From positions 1 through 63,000 of the forward strand of contig NW_025215089.1 of NCBI RefSeq assembly GCF_004010195.1: a stretch of 63,000 nucleotides of DNA, given 5' to 3'. Below are positions 37,191 through 51,049 of this stretch, in pieces (position 1 is the first letter of the stretch; every line of letters starts with the position of its first letter). The DNA is from Chiloscyllium plagiosum (lineage: Eukaryota). The notes below the pieces were generated by a model. That model did not search any database. It had not been told where the DNA came from and worked only from the letters and a program-made list of their open reading frames with translations. A program made the position numbers and the translations under genes.

Positions 37191-39234
37191 GCTCACAACT
37201 GCGTTCCTGTGACAAGGAATACTGGGGAACATGGAAATCTGAAAGGCAAACAGAAAATGGTGGCGAAATTCATCAGATGAGTCAGGATTGAAGAGTGAAA
37301 CAGAATTGGCATATTGTGTCTGTTGTGGCTCTGTTCTGAAAAAAACTCATATTGGTCTCAAAACGTAAATTCTGTTTCTCGCTGCTCAGATGCTGACAGA
37401 TGTGCTAAAGTTTTCCTGTGCTTTCAACTGGCTTTTTTTCTTTTGGACTGGATATTTATCTGCCCAGAAAGGATATGGTGAAGCTGCCATTTGAGTTGAC
37501 TCTCAAGTATTTGGTTGCAGTATTTGAATGTAAAATTTAAAAAATTGTCTTTCAAAAAATTTCTCAATATCGATAACGTCATGGACTGTCATGACTCGCC
37601 ATGAAAATGTAGAAATCAGTGGCTATGATTTCGTATAATCAACCCTCTGAAAGTAATCGATTGAAGTAAAAACCCCGATCATTACCTCAATGTAATGTCG
37701 TGTCCTGATGTCACTGGGCTCTAGCAAGCTCTTAAACTTTATGAAACATGAAACATCTTGGCATATTTATACAGTACATATTCATTCATGAGTTTTGAAC
37801 GCAGTAGCATGGGAAGATTATATTTGTCAAACCGAAACATTCTGCAGAAGGTGACAGAGAGCCATCTGAATGAATCTCTTCTCTCCAACTGATGCACATA
37901 CACACACAGCTGTTATTAGGGACTTTTCAAGATGTTTTTAACAACTGATAGTGAATTATCAACAAATTAGTCCCGAGACAGAATGACATGTATCTTGGAA
38001 GATAACTTGCAGAGGTTGTTTTTATTCACTATTCCCATTACTAGTGCAGAATATTCTCTAATTCGGATTTTTTCATAATTTTACCGTGGCTTCCTGCGTT
38101 GATCACAGGCAGAATTATGTCGCCTGAGTACTGGGATGTTCTTTCCATTGAAAGAATAAAGAGCAAAAGATGAGAAGACTGTTTCATTTAATAATGTCCT
38201 CAAAATTTTCAAAAGTAAATTGGGCACGGACTTTTAATTCTGTCCGAAGATTTCTGTCCTGTTGGTAATAAGACACTTTGTTTAAGCTTTGTGAAAGAGG
38301 GGCGGAAGGAAGCTCCAGTTTGTATCAGTATTGACCAAAACCATTCAGTTCACGGTGCAGCAGACAGTTGGAAACATATTATTGTCTGTAGCTGTTGGAA
38401 ATTGATCATTCCAAACTCATCATTCATTGATGACCTGCAGTAGCACAGAAATCAGCAACTTTCAGCATCTAGTTGAGAGCAAAAACCGAAAGTGATGGTC
38501 AGGGAAAGTGGGAGTAATAGGGGAAGTGGAGTGACATACAGTGCAGGAAGCGTTAAGGGAGATGGTCAGTGGAAGCGTCTGTAGCAGCAAACTGTGCATT
38601 GCAAGGGAAGAGGTGTTAAAGGAATGAGTAGGTAGGCGAGGAGGAGGTGTGGCTGAAAAAGCATCAGTGGCAAAAAAAAGCCTGTATTTGGAAAAGTGAG
38701 ATTGATGGACAATAAAATATCACGGTTCAGGAAATCTGTGGTCTGGTTTCCTTTGAAAATTAAGAAAAGATTTTTCCTACTTTTAAAACTAACACTAGAT
38801 TCTTGTTCATATTGCGCATTAACTCTGCATTTCTGTTTGTCTATCAAGTGCACACAGCATTTTCTTTTCTCCTCAATGCATTATTTCAACATGACGTCAC
38901 TTTTTAAAACAATATTCAGAACGGTGGTTGTTTCTTCTATTAATTTGCTTCCAACTCGACCTAGGGATGAGAACGAGAAAATTGATCTTCTATGGAATGT
39001 TTAACTGTAGAATTTAATGCAACCTTTATTGTCATCGCTCTAGCTCTTTCAAGAAAACTTAACGAAAGAGTATGTGTCCATCCTGCAGATGAAAAGAAGT
39101 CTTCAGATGTGACTATTGCATTGAATGACATAAAGAATAAGCTGCAGGCGCGCATAAAACGGAAATGTTACAATGTACAGTGCCAAAAGCTTATCTAAAA
39201 TTAATGATGAACTAGCCTTATGCATAATACATTC

Positions 39235-39536
39235 GATTAGATTACTATGGAAACAGTATGGAAACAGGCCCTTCGTCTCAACAAGTGCATAACGACCCTC
39301 CGAAGAGCAACCCACCCAGACACTTACATTTTATCCCTTCTCCTAACACTACGGGCAATTTAGCATGGCTAATCCACCTGACCTGTACATTTTTGGATTG
39401 TGGGAGGAAACCGGAGCAAACCCATGCAGACACGGGGAGAATGTGCAAACTCCACACAGAAAATAGCCTGAGATGGTGAATTGAACCCGGGTCTCTGGTG
39501 CTGTGAGACAGCAGTGCTTACCACTGCGCCACCGCC
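39235..39536 (-). mobile_element. HE1-type V-SINE
   Basis: Reverse complement of head, V-domain and gattagatta tail. Confidence 0.9.
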
Positions 39537-40217
39537 GACCAGAGTATAAAGGCAGAATTCAGCTACATGTCCAAAATACAATTTATGGCTCCCTCATAAA
39601 AGACCCAAACAGCATCACGCTACAAATTCACGAAGGGAGAGAAAAACACGGAAGAATGGAATTCTGACTTCTTCCTCAGCAACAACTTGTGTAGAACAGG
39701 AAGAAAATCAAGTTTTTTTTTCTCATATTCATAAATGTTGCTGGTTTGAATGTGTGCGATGGAGGGGGTGTTGCAGGATGATAAAGAATGCTGCAGATGA
39801 CACGATGCTTAGCCGGGTCGTTCACAGTGAGGAGGACCGTGTTAGGTTACAGGAGAGTACAAAAAGATTGTTCAGATAGCCAGATCAATGAGCCAATGCT
39901 GGACTTTGGAAGAAAAAACAAAACAAGAGAGGACTCAACCATGAAGATAAGCTAGATTTGCTTTTAGAGCATAGAAAGTTGAACAATGAACCTGACAGAG
40001 ATCGTGAGACGGACGGACAGAGTGAACAGACAGTAGCTGTTCCCCTTAGTAAGTGAGTTAAAAACCAGGCGACACACGATTAAAGTGAAAGACAAGATAT
40101 GGTGAAAGTATTTGTGGAACCTGCTTTCAACAAAGAGGAAGGTACGTGTCCAGAATGCATTGCCTGGGAGAGTTGATGAAGAAGGCAACGTTACAAAACT
40201 TATAAAGTACTGGTATC

Positions 40218-41820
40218 ATGAGGGGCATAAGGAGAGAGGATGTGTTGGGTACGCTAAATGATATTAAGGTGGACAAATCCCCAGGACTGGATGGGATCAA
40301 TCCAATGTTGCTGATGGAGGTGAGAGAGGAAATAGCAGGGGCTCTGACAGAGATGTTTGTCACCTCCTTAAATACAGGTGAAGTGCCGGATGTCTGGAAC
40401 ATTATTAATGTTGTTCTCCTGTTCAAGAAGGGTTCTCAGGATATTTCAGGTAACTACAGACCTATGTGCCTGACGTAAGTGGTAGGAACGTTGGTGGAGA
40501 ACGTACGGAGGGATAAGATCCATTTCTATTTGATAGATAATGGTCTTAACAGTGATAGGCAACATGGTTATGTGCGGGCGCGTTCGTGTCTTACCAACTT
40601 ATTAGGATTCTTTGAAGAAGTGACCAAGTTCATAGATGAAGGACGTGATGTCTATGTCATATACTTGGACTTGGAGTTTGATAAGATTCCCCATGGTAAA
40701 CTAATGAAGAAAGTGAAGTCACTTGGTGCGCATGGTGAATAAAGACCTGGTTGAGCAACAGGAGACAGAAAATAGTAGTTGAAAAGAGTTTCTCGGAATG
40801 GAGAAAGGTGACCAATGGTGTTCCACATGGATCAATGCTGGGGCCACTGTCGTTTGTGATATAAATAAATAGTCTGGAAGAGGACATTCATGGTCTGATT
40901 GGTAGTTTTGCAGACGACAGGAAGATTGGTGGAGTAGCAGAAAACACAACGGACTGTCAAAGAATGCAAGAAAATATAGATAAATATCGATAAAATATAG
41001 ATAGGTAAGGAGATTTGAGCGGAGAAGTGGCTGATGGAGTTCAATTCCGGGCAAATGTGAGGTGATGCATTTTGGGAGGTCTAGTTCTAGAGTGAACTAT
41101 ACTGTAAATGGAAGAGCTTTGGGAAAAGTCGATGAACAGAGAGATCGGGGAGTTCAGGTCCATTGTAGCCTGAAAGTGGCTGCACAAGCAGATAGAGTGA
41201 TCAGGAAGTCATATGGTATGCTTGCCTTCTTCGGACGTGGTATTGAGTATAAGAGCTGGCACGTTATGTTAAAATTGCACAATACGTTGGTTCGGCCGCA
41301 TTTAGAAGACTGTGTACATTTCTCACCACATTACCAAAAGGATGTGGACGACTTGCAGATGGTGCAGAGAAGGTTTACGAGGATGTTGCCTGGTATGGAA
41401 GGTGTAGCTATGAAGAAAGGTTGAGTAGGTTAGGTTATTTTCATTAGAAAAAAAGGAGATTGAAGGGGGACCAAACTGAGGTTTACAAAATCTTGAAGAC
41501 CAAAGACAGGATGGATAGAGGCAAGCTTTTTTCCGAGGGTGAAGGATTCAATAACTAGAGGTCACGCTTTCAAGCGGAAAGTTTAAGGGGTTTTCAGACG
41601 GTAAGTACTTCACACAGAGAGTGGTGGGCGTTTGGAACGCAGAGATGGCAGAGTCAGGAACGGTTGATTCATTTAAGATGAGTCTGGACAAATGCATGAG
41701 TAGGTGGGGAGAAGAGGGATACAGATGCTTAGGAATTGATCGACAGGTTTGTACAGTACGTTTGCATCGGCTCAGGCTCGAAGGACCGAAGGGCATGTCC
41801 CTGGGCTGTAAATTTTCTTT
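40218..41820 (+). mobile_element. CR1 LINE RT region to 3' end (same subfamily as 5660-7500)
   Basis: IKVDKSPGLDGINP, GNYRP, QHGYVRARSCLTNLL, FDKIPHG, LVRPHLE. Confidence 0.92.
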
Positions 41821-42266
41821 AGAACATAGAACATAGAATATCGAACAATACAGCACAGAACAAGCCCTTCGGCCCATGATGTTGTGCCGAACAATTGTCC
41901 TAGCTTAAGCACCCATCCATGTACCTATACAATTGCCGCTTAAAGGTCACCAATGATTCTGACTCTGCCACTCCCACAGGCAGCGCATTCCATGCCCGCA
42001 TCACTCTCTGGATAAAGAACCTACCCCTGACATCCCCCCTATACCTTCCACCCTTCAACTTAAATTTATTTCCCCTTGTAACACTCTGTTGTACACAGGG
42101 AGAAAGTTTCTGACTGTCTACTCTATCTATTCCTCTGATCATTTTATAAACCTCTATCAAGTCACCCCTCATCCTTCGCCGTGTCAATGAGGAAAGGCCT
42201 AGCACTCTTAACCTATTCTCGTACGACCTTTTCCCCATTCCAGGCAACATCCTGGTAAATCTTCTC
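41820..42266 (-). mobile_element. CR1 LINE 3' fragment, tail-to-tail with the preceding CR1
   Basis: RGDLIEVYKMIRGIDRVD, FFIQRVMRAWNALP; (tagaaca)n tail at 41820-41845. Confidence 0.92.
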
Positions 42267-42269
42267 CAT

Positions 42270-43690
42270 CAGAGATATAACTGAGGGAGAGCAGGACTGG
42301 TAACTCTGTATTCTATTGTACAGGAACCATAGCTAGGACAGAAGAGGGGGTAAAAGTGGAGGTGGTTTTGTTTATTAATCATGGAGTCTGTTACTGATTT
42401 AAGAAGGGATGATATCTTGGAAGAATCTTCAAGCGAGGCTTTGTGGGTAGAGCTTAGGATTAAAACGATGACAGACAACTGCTGGGGATATATTATTACT
42501 CACCAGATGAATGAAAATACAGGAGCAGATATAAATGCAAATCATTGAGGTAAAACGTTAATAGGATCATTATACTGAGATATTTAAGTTCCCAACGTTT
42601 GTTGGGGCCGTGATAACTTTTTTCAGAGTAGCCAGATGGTTTGAAATTTATTCCAGAGAGTTTCTTATATTAAAATGTAGAAGCCGCAACAAGGGATGGT
42701 GGAATACTGTGACCTCATTGTGGGGAGTGAAGCCAGTCAGTTATTCTAGGCAGGATTTGGAGACCATTATAGGACCAGTAACTATGTCTCATACATTTTA
42801 AATTTATCCAGGAAAAGACAAATCAAAAGGTCTGAGAAATGAAATGTTTTGGATTGCGGAGGCATATTTTTTTTTAAATGACAGGAACTGGCGAAAGTGC
42901 GGTTCCATCTGTTTAACATTGCAACAGAACAGCGTGAGGTGGGATCACATGATTAAAATGGAAATGATGTCAGTGCCGGCCCACCATGTTACATCGAAGC
43001 TGAAAGTTTGGAAAAGCAGCACAGAGACCCTCGTATGTCGACAAATATTCAGAACGGAATAAAAAATAAAAATAAAATCATAAAGCAGATATAATGTGAG
43101 CAGATCAGTGCAGGACAAGAAAAGTACAGAAAGTATGGGGCTGAACTTAAGAAACTGAGTAGAAAAGCCAGAAGGTGATGTGATAAAACATTAACGGGTA
43201 AAATTAGCAACAATCCAACTATATTGCATCGGTTTGTGGAGGGGAAGAGGATAACACGTGAAAGAATTGGTTGTATTAAGGACCAAGCATGTGCACGGAG
43301 CCAGAAACTATGTTAAATACGCAATTCATATTGGTCTTCACTTTGAAAAAGCTGTCACTGGATTCAGGGAGAATGACAGTGAGATCCTCGAACAGATTGA
43401 TGCAAAAGCTGAGGAAGAATTGGTAGTTTATGCGCGATAAAGAGTGGGCAAATCCCCAGATCTGGATGAGCTGTATCTTTGGCTGATGTGGGAGATGAGC
43501 GAGGAGATTACAGGTTCTTGAATTTCTTTCCCTTTCGTTTTGCCTCTGGCCACTGAGGAGGTTTGATAGGACAGGATAACATCTAATGTAGGTTCAATTT
43601 TCAGAGTGTGAGAAATAAGCCATCGGAATAAAGATTATCAATTCTGTCATCAGTGGTAGAGAAACAATTGAGAAAAATCTGAAGTCTGTT
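42270..43690 (+). mobile_element. Degenerate CR1 ORF2 (endonuclease/linker) fragment
   Basis: agcgaggctttgtgggtagagcttagg (SEALWVELR) and caaatccccaga. Confidence 0.65.
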
Positions 43691-44951
43691 CAGGTTTAAT
43701 CCAAAAGAAAAGAAAGATTACCTGGGTTGGGATTCGACAATCATGACTGACGAAGGTACTCAGGAAAAGTATCACAGAAAACTGTTTCCTTATCGTATAT
43801 CTCAAAGATTCCACTGACTTTTTGATGAGGAAGCATTGATGTCGTTGGCCTCTGAGAGTTAATTAAATTCTGTGCATGGTTTTTAGATAGTAACCTGGCC
43901 TTGATAAGATATGTGATTGTATCTTGTCTGTGTTGTCCACTTGCCAGTGTTTGGAGAATAAAAGAGTTTCAGTCTCAGGTCGTAAGTTTGACACCCTCAT
44001 TGCAAAATGTTCCATTGAAAATTTGTGTTTTGAGCTGAACATTGATTTCTCATTCCACTGGCAGTGACATCATATTCGAAGTGAGTTGATCTCCTGTTCT
44101 GATTATCTTTGCCTCAGTTGCTGGCTCAAAGTGAAAAAAATAGGAGTGCGTGAGAGGCACGTTTGTGGATGTGGTTAAAGTTGACTCACCGGGGGCATTT
44201 TAAATGAGACCACTTCTACTCCTGTCCTGACACCAATAAGTTACGCAATCACGGAATTAGAAAAGCCAAATGTTACATGAATCAAAAGCAACCCATCCAT
44301 ATCAAAGAATACTCAAATGAGACGGATTGGATTCGTATCTGATATGCCTCTTGGATGTGAGAATGGAGTGCACATGTGTGCAGTCACAGGTGCTTAGACC
44401 AGAGAACCGACAAAATTAGGGTTTTCAAGGAATGGTGGAGATCTACCCATCATTGCCAGAGAGGAGCTCATTACCTCTCCCATGTCCCTGTCCCACTAAC
44501 TTTGAGTCTCTGGAGGAAGAGAACGTCAATGAGAATTAGGACTGTGTGAAAAATCAAAGTGTTCCCATGAAGAACCCAAATGTATTAGCAGACAGTGGTC
44601 ATAGATTTTACTGTGGATAAGTGGATAAAAGTGAGAAAGATAGTGACGGAGCTCACCAGAAATTAATATGCGTTTACTCCGACATCTCCATCAGGAAGGT
44701 CCACGATCCTGACCGAAACTGAAAGTAGGAGTCCCTGGATAACGCTGAGAATTTTCCTTATATTTGAATCAATTCACTGATAAGGCAGGCTGGTCTTTGC
44801 ACACATCAAATAATCCAAGCATTGGTTTCAGTGGAAACATACAAATTTTGGAAACAAGTGAATTTACAGCTGAGTAACTGACTCGTTCTTTCCACAGTCT
44901 GTTCACTGGAACACCAACTCAGTGTCTATGTACTGGTGCTCTTTTTTTCCA

Positions 44952-45252
44952 GCAGGGTGGCACGGTGGTTTGCACTGCCGCCTCACAACTCCAAGGATCT
45001 AGGTTCAACCTCTGCCTTGTGTGACAGGCTGTGTGGAATTTTCACATTCCCCAGATGTGTGCGCGTGTTTCATCCGACAGTTCAATGTGTGCTGGTGAAG
45101 TGCATTGCCGACAGTGTTCAGATTTATATTGGCTAGCCATGGAAAATGCACTGTTGGATGGTAGATGGGTGACTCTAGTATGGATGCTGTGCATTAAGTT
45201 GGTGTGGACATGTTCAGCCAAATGGCCTATTTCCCCACATAGGGAATCTATA
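44952..45252 (+). mobile_element. HE1-type V-SINE, degenerate
   Basis: ggtggcacggtggtttgcactgccgcctcaca, tgtgtggaattttcacattc. Confidence 0.7.
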
Positions 45253-47387
45253 ATGCTAATGTTTGTAATCTTTTCAGATGAACACATTGAGAGGTAGCAT
45301 TCAGTTGTTGATCAATCGCGTGGGTCTTTCAGATCTCAGTACAGTGTCTTATTTAATTTTCCCATCAGGAACTATCCACTTTCTCATCGATTAGGGAAAA
45401 AAATGTGCAAACTTCAGCTCTGCCCATACAGAACAGGTATTTGCCAGGCAAACCAATTTGTATTTAACATTTTACCTTTCTGTGAATCTCAAAGTTATAA
45501 ATCTGTGTCCCACATTCTTCCCCCTGGTTCGACAAAATCTAAATTCTGCTTTGGATAGTTCATTTCAGAAACTTTTTTAAAATAAATGTATATCTGGAAG
45601 CCGTGTTGTGTTTGATCATTCAATTTAGTCACTGATTCTCTCAAATAATTAATCGCAGCATAGTTGAGCAACCAGTCTGAATATGTAATATTAGTGCCAT
45701 GTTCTTGACTGACTGTGTGGAGATTCAATGAGTAATTTTGAATTACAGAATTGTTAAGGCACAGAGGAGGCCATTCATCTCTTTTGGTCAGCACGATTCT
45801 CCGAATATGCTTTCTGATTTTGTGCCATTTCCCTGATTCTCCCTCTGTAATCCTGTAATTTTTCCCTATCAAATAATCTTCTAATGCCCTTGATTGAATG
45901 AGCCTAAACTACAGATCTATAAAAAGCATTCCATATCGAATTGCTTGCTGTGTGAAGTTTATTTCTCACATCACATTATCTTCTCTTGTAATTTATCTGA
46001 CGTCTCAACTCTTATTCTCAAAACTTTTCCGAGTGGGAACAGTCTCTCACTATCTACTCTGTATGGTACTCTCATGATTTTGAAAAATTGTTCGGAATTT
46101 CCTGTCCGAATTCTCCAATTTACCGTCATGGCAGAAATGATTAACTGCTGGAGACTGTTGTTTCAATGTTGTTTCTCTAGACCTGTCAGTGTTCCCTTCT
46201 TTCCTGTTCTCCCGCTTATATTCAATTGCATTTGGAATCCGTCTCGTGAGCCATCTTGATTTCTGCTTCCCTTCATGCTGATTAATTAACTCCAATAAAT
46301 ACTGGGAAGATTAAAGGCAGTGTTTCTAATCTTCAATACTGTTCACAGTCCCTCTCCCTTCTCACTCACTGAGATTCAGCCCAGAATGTTCACGCTGCTC
46401 CTGTTTCCTGAAGAAATCATGCTACTGACTCTAACTCAGAGCAATAAACAGTCTTATTTGGAAGTTTAGGCGAACGTTGGGTATGTCTACTCTCCCAGCG
46501 TGATCCAGCCTCCATTTCCAGTCCATATGGCTCCAGCCCGTGGTTTGCGTTTCTACCACTGCTTCACAGTGCATCACGTGCACGCTAAACAGGTGATTTA
46601 CAGTGGCGCCTTTCCAATTGGATTAGGGGGCGTGAATAGATATCCACCAAACGCAGAGCGAACAAGGATGAGCCCAGTGCCGGCGCAGACAGGTGAGGGA
46701 GAAGGATCACTCTGTCCTCACATAACAAGCGAGACTGGAAATGAGCTACTCTTCTCAAAGACTGTCTCTGCCATGGGGTAGACGTGAGCGCCCAGCACAA
46801 TCCGTGCATTGGATAAGTCCGAAACATTGTTAATAATCTTCAGGCAGACGTGCGAAATGATGTAGACCCTGGACGATTCTTTATCAGTACCCCCTCCCCC
46901 AAAGATCCCAGAATTGATACATCGGAACAGCAGGCCGACATTTCGGCCTTCAAGCCTGTCTTTCCTTTCGATATAATGATTGGTGGTAATCATACTCAAT
47001 GCCCTGCTCCCCCTTTCACAACAATGAAGTGTAGCCACTACATTCATATTGATACAGGTTTTTATGAAATGCTCAGTTGTGTCGAGTGCACAAAAGCAGG
47101 ACAAATCCAACTTTTACTTCAGTCAATCAATGCTCAACCATCAGCAAAGTGATGGAAAGGTGTACAAACTGTGCTTTCAGTCAATAATAAGCAGCTCTCT
47201 GATGTTGTGTGTTCCATCAGAGTCATTTAGCTTTTATCCTCATTTTAAATTAGTCCAAAATGAATTAAACACTGCACTAAAGAGGCAAGGTGAGACTGAC
47301 TGACATTGACATTAAGGCTGCGACAGTCTGATAAAGCATTGAAGAGCTTTTGCAAAACTGGAGTCGATTGGAATGAAAAGAAACCTT

Positions 47388-48175
47388 TGTTACAATGAGG
47401 ACGTCGAGCCCCTCGTTAATTAAATGCAAACAGACGGGAAACCTCTTCTCATCTCGTAATCTGTTTAAACGTGAGTGAGTGACACAGAACTTTTAACTTC
47501 CATTAGTTGAAGAAAAACAACTTTTTATTTTAATGCAATTGCGAATACTAAATAAAACAATGAACAAACTAAAGATTATTTACTTTAACTGAACACAATC
47601 CTATTTACATACTATTTCAACAACACAGTTGTTAAAGATGACATCAACTTAGTCTGAAGTCCACATAGTTTGTATGTGCTTCGCTGTCTTCAACATCTGC
47701 CTGCTAATCTCAATTTTTCAATTTCTTTCATTTTTACAGAGTATGTTTTGCAGAAAAAAGGAACGTTAAGAGAGTTCCTTCTAATTTCTTAGAAAGGAAA
47801 GTGTTAGATGGGCGGGTAGCTCTCCATCAGTAGTTCTCACTCTAATTTACAAAATGCTGGTTTTATATACACTCTAATGACATTAAATTTATATAATTTG
47901 ATTAGATTCCGCATGCCAAAGGAAATAAGAATTGAAATCTTCTTAGCTTCTGGGATCCTGGGCATAATTTAATGTAATTGGTTAAATGTGAGTTGTTTGT
48001 CGAAACAGCAAGCAAAGTTCAGGTTTTCACCGAAAAGTGTTACCTGTATCTATTTTGGAACAGCCTGACCCCCAGCCTTTTCATTCAGGGAGCAAGGCAT
48101 GTGCTTTAATTTTCCTTCAACCTTCAGAAAATGCATTGTTTTAAAGTGAACATGTATGCTTTCAACAATGTAACA
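47388..48175 (-). mobile_element. Solo LTR, copy 2
   Basis: Perfect terminal inverted repeat tgttaca...tgtaaca; homologous to 16909-17610. Confidence 0.7.
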
Positions 48176-48344
48176 CTCTCCACGGGGAGGAATCATCCAG
48201 CCCAAAAGCCTGCACGTTTTGAATGTTGATCATCCCAAGCGCAGAACATCACTGCAGGGATTTTGCAGGTTATTGTCGTAGTCCCAACAATTCTGAGTTG
48301 TTTTAATGACAATTCTTCAATCATAAAATCAGAGTTGGTTATTT

Positions 48345-48670
48345 GATTCACAGAAACATGGAATCCCTGAAGTATGGAAACGGGCCAATCTACCCAACAC
48401 GTCCATACCTACCTTCTAAACACGATCCAACCGGGAATATTCCCCCACCATCCACCTGTAACTCTGAATTTCGCATGGTTAACTATCTAACCCAGACTTC
48501 CCTGGAAAATTTAGCAATGGTACATCCACCTAACCTGCACGTCCTTGGGCCGTGGAATGGAAACCACACAGACATGGGAAATTGTGCTAACGCCACACAC
48601 AATATGACCAAGGCTAAAATTGAAGCAAGGGCTCTGGCCCTGTGAGAAAGCAGTGATGACCATTGCGCCA
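48345..48670 (-). mobile_element. HE1-type V-SINE, degenerate
   Basis: atccacctaacctgcac, ctgtgagaaagcagtgatgaccattgcgcca. Confidence 0.65.
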
Positions 48671-49019
48671 AAATGTCACACCTGACAGTATATTATTCAG
48701 CACAATTTGAGACTTCTCAATCACACAAGCAATTCCTGTCCGGATAATGTGGAGAAAATCACGCACTTCTCTGATGTTTGAAGAATTTATTTTAAATGAA
48801 TTAGCTGCCATAGAAGAGGAGAAACATGGAATACATTTCGTGTCTGATGGAACTTATTAACTTCATCGGAAGGAAGTCACAATGGGCGTCATTCGAGCAT
48901 CAATTAAGAAACAGTTAAACTCTTTGGCACAGCTCCACAAAAGCTGGAATTCAAACCAAAACTTATTGTTGAGATGTTGGCACACGATGAAGCACAGTAA
49001 GAAACAGGCAATTTCTTCA

Positions 49020-49463
49020 CTTATGCACTTGCTGCTGTTTCAGTAGGTTGGATTTCACATCAAATCTCTTCCCACACTCGTGCAGATGAACAGCCTCTCC
49101 CCAAAGTGAGATGGCGGGTGCACAGTGAGCCCAATTAACCACATGAATCCCGGCCCATTTTGAGAGAAACTGACGGTTTCTCATCAGTGTCAACACGTTG
49201 ATGGGTCAACAAATCCTCAGAGATTTTAAGGCGCTTCCTATATTTAGGGCATTTAAAAGACTTTCCTCTGTGTGGACTTGCTGTTGTTCCAACAGTGTGG
49301 TGGATCAAGTAAATTCTGTTCCACACTCGAAACAGACGAATGGCCTCTCCGTAGTCCAACTGTATTTATGATCTGACAAGGCAGATTATCTGCAGAAGTC
49401 TTGTCCGCACGTACAACACGTATACAGTTTCTCCACACTGTGAATGATGCTTTTCCTTTCCAT
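49020..49463 (-). pseudogene. C2H2 (Kruppel-type) zinc-finger array pseudogene
   Basis: From ATG at 49463: MERKSIIHSVEKLYTCCTCGQDFCR*SALSDHKYSWTTERPFVCFECGTEFT*STTLLEQQQVHTE, frameshift, FKCPKYRKRLKISEDLLTHQRVDTDEKP, later GERLFIC; about 5 decayed fingers. Confidence 0.85.
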
Positions 49464-49659
49464 GTTCAAAAGTGAATAATATTCAGGCCACAATCAACTC
49501 GACAGCACCATCAGATGCTGAAGTGATATTTGGTTTTAAGACTTCGCACTGTAAATCTTCTAATAATTCATTGATAAATGAAAACAGAGGCATTTGAAAT
49601 TCCAGATAAAAAGGCAATAAAATGCAAGAGAATAAATCGGCAATTCAAAGTATACAGTC

Positions 49660-50940
49660 TGCTCTCAACATCCAGTGAGATTAGGGCTGATCTGATAATC
49701 TCCAGATTCACATTCCTGCAATATCACCTAACCTTTGAATCTCTTGCTGCTTAACATCTGTTTCTTCCAGTCTTGGATACACTGAGCAGGCAATGTCTAA
49801 AGCTGTCTGCAGTAAATAGTTTCACATAATCTGTCGGCTCAAGAGTATGAAATTGCTCCAAAACTCTCTTATGTCGGTGACTACTTACTCTGAGATTATG
49901 TTCTCCGGTCTTCGATTCTTAAACAAGGCGAATCATTCTCCCAGAAATTATCCTATCATTCCCCTCAGTATCTAATGTATCTCACTAAAGTTTTGTTTCA
50001 TTCTTTTAGACTCAAATGATTACAGGAGCAATCTTCTCAATCTCATCTCCCGAGAATATCCTCCCATATTCAGGATGATTTGTGTTAAAATTCCCTAAAT
50101 TGCTTTTCCTAAAATAGGGGAACTAAAACTGTTCACATTAATCCAGCTGCGATCTGACGAATGCCATGTATATTTTGAAAAAAAAATAAACATGTCCTCA
50201 TTCCCTTAAATAAACTGAAAGAGATTATTTGACATCCCGAATACCTGCTGAAACTGGATGCTATATGAAACTATATATCATGTACAAGGAAACAAAATCA
50301 TCTGTACGCTGAAGCTTTGTGCAGTGAATTTCCCCACGTAATATTCATCCCTGTAATTCTTCCTGCCAAAACGCATAAAGCTTTTTTTCGCGTAAAATAC
50401 TGCTGAGTTTTTGTCCACATGTTTATCTTGATTCTGTCCGTTCATGATGTTGCTATGTCACCCTCACTACTTGCATCCCCATCTATTTTGTGTCATCTCA
50501 AAACTGAACAACAGTCCATTAACTTCTGTTATACAGATGATTAGTATATGTTGTCAACAGCTGTGGCACCAATATTGTTGGCTATGGGAATCTGCAAGTT
50601 ACAATTTACCGTCATGAAAAGGCCCTCATTAGCTCTCCTCTGAATTCCTCTCCTAATCCTCGAATAATACATACCACTAACTGTGTGGGTTCATGCTTCT
50701 CTGCTTGTGAAGTGGTATCATATAAAACACCGTTCTGAATAATTTTAGAAATTCAGATATTTTCTATTTACTGAATTTCCAATTATGTATCGTGTTTGTT
50801 ACGATGTAAAAATACTTATAAAAATGTTCGATCTGATTTCTTCTTCACAAAGCTGTACTGAATCTACTTTATTCTGAAATGCATTTGTAATGCTCTGTTA
50901 TTCCAACTTTAATGACAGACTAGCACTTTCCCTAAAACAG
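49660..50940 (-). mobile_element. Highly degenerate CR1-like LINE
   Basis: CR1-type blocks in reverse (aaatagggga.ctaaaactg, tttgtgtcatct, cttcacaaagctgtactga). Confidence 0.5.
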
Positions 50941-51049
50941 AGTTAGATGTGAACCTGAGCTGAAGTTGTTAGGCTGGACACTCACCAGAGGTGACCATGG
51001 ATGAGTAAATGTGTTCTGGGTCTGGTCAAAACGAAACAATATCATATAT

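Noticed and set aside
43945..44000. Possible tRNA-Lys-like relic
   Set aside because: Only patchy similarity by eye; cannot distinguish from chance
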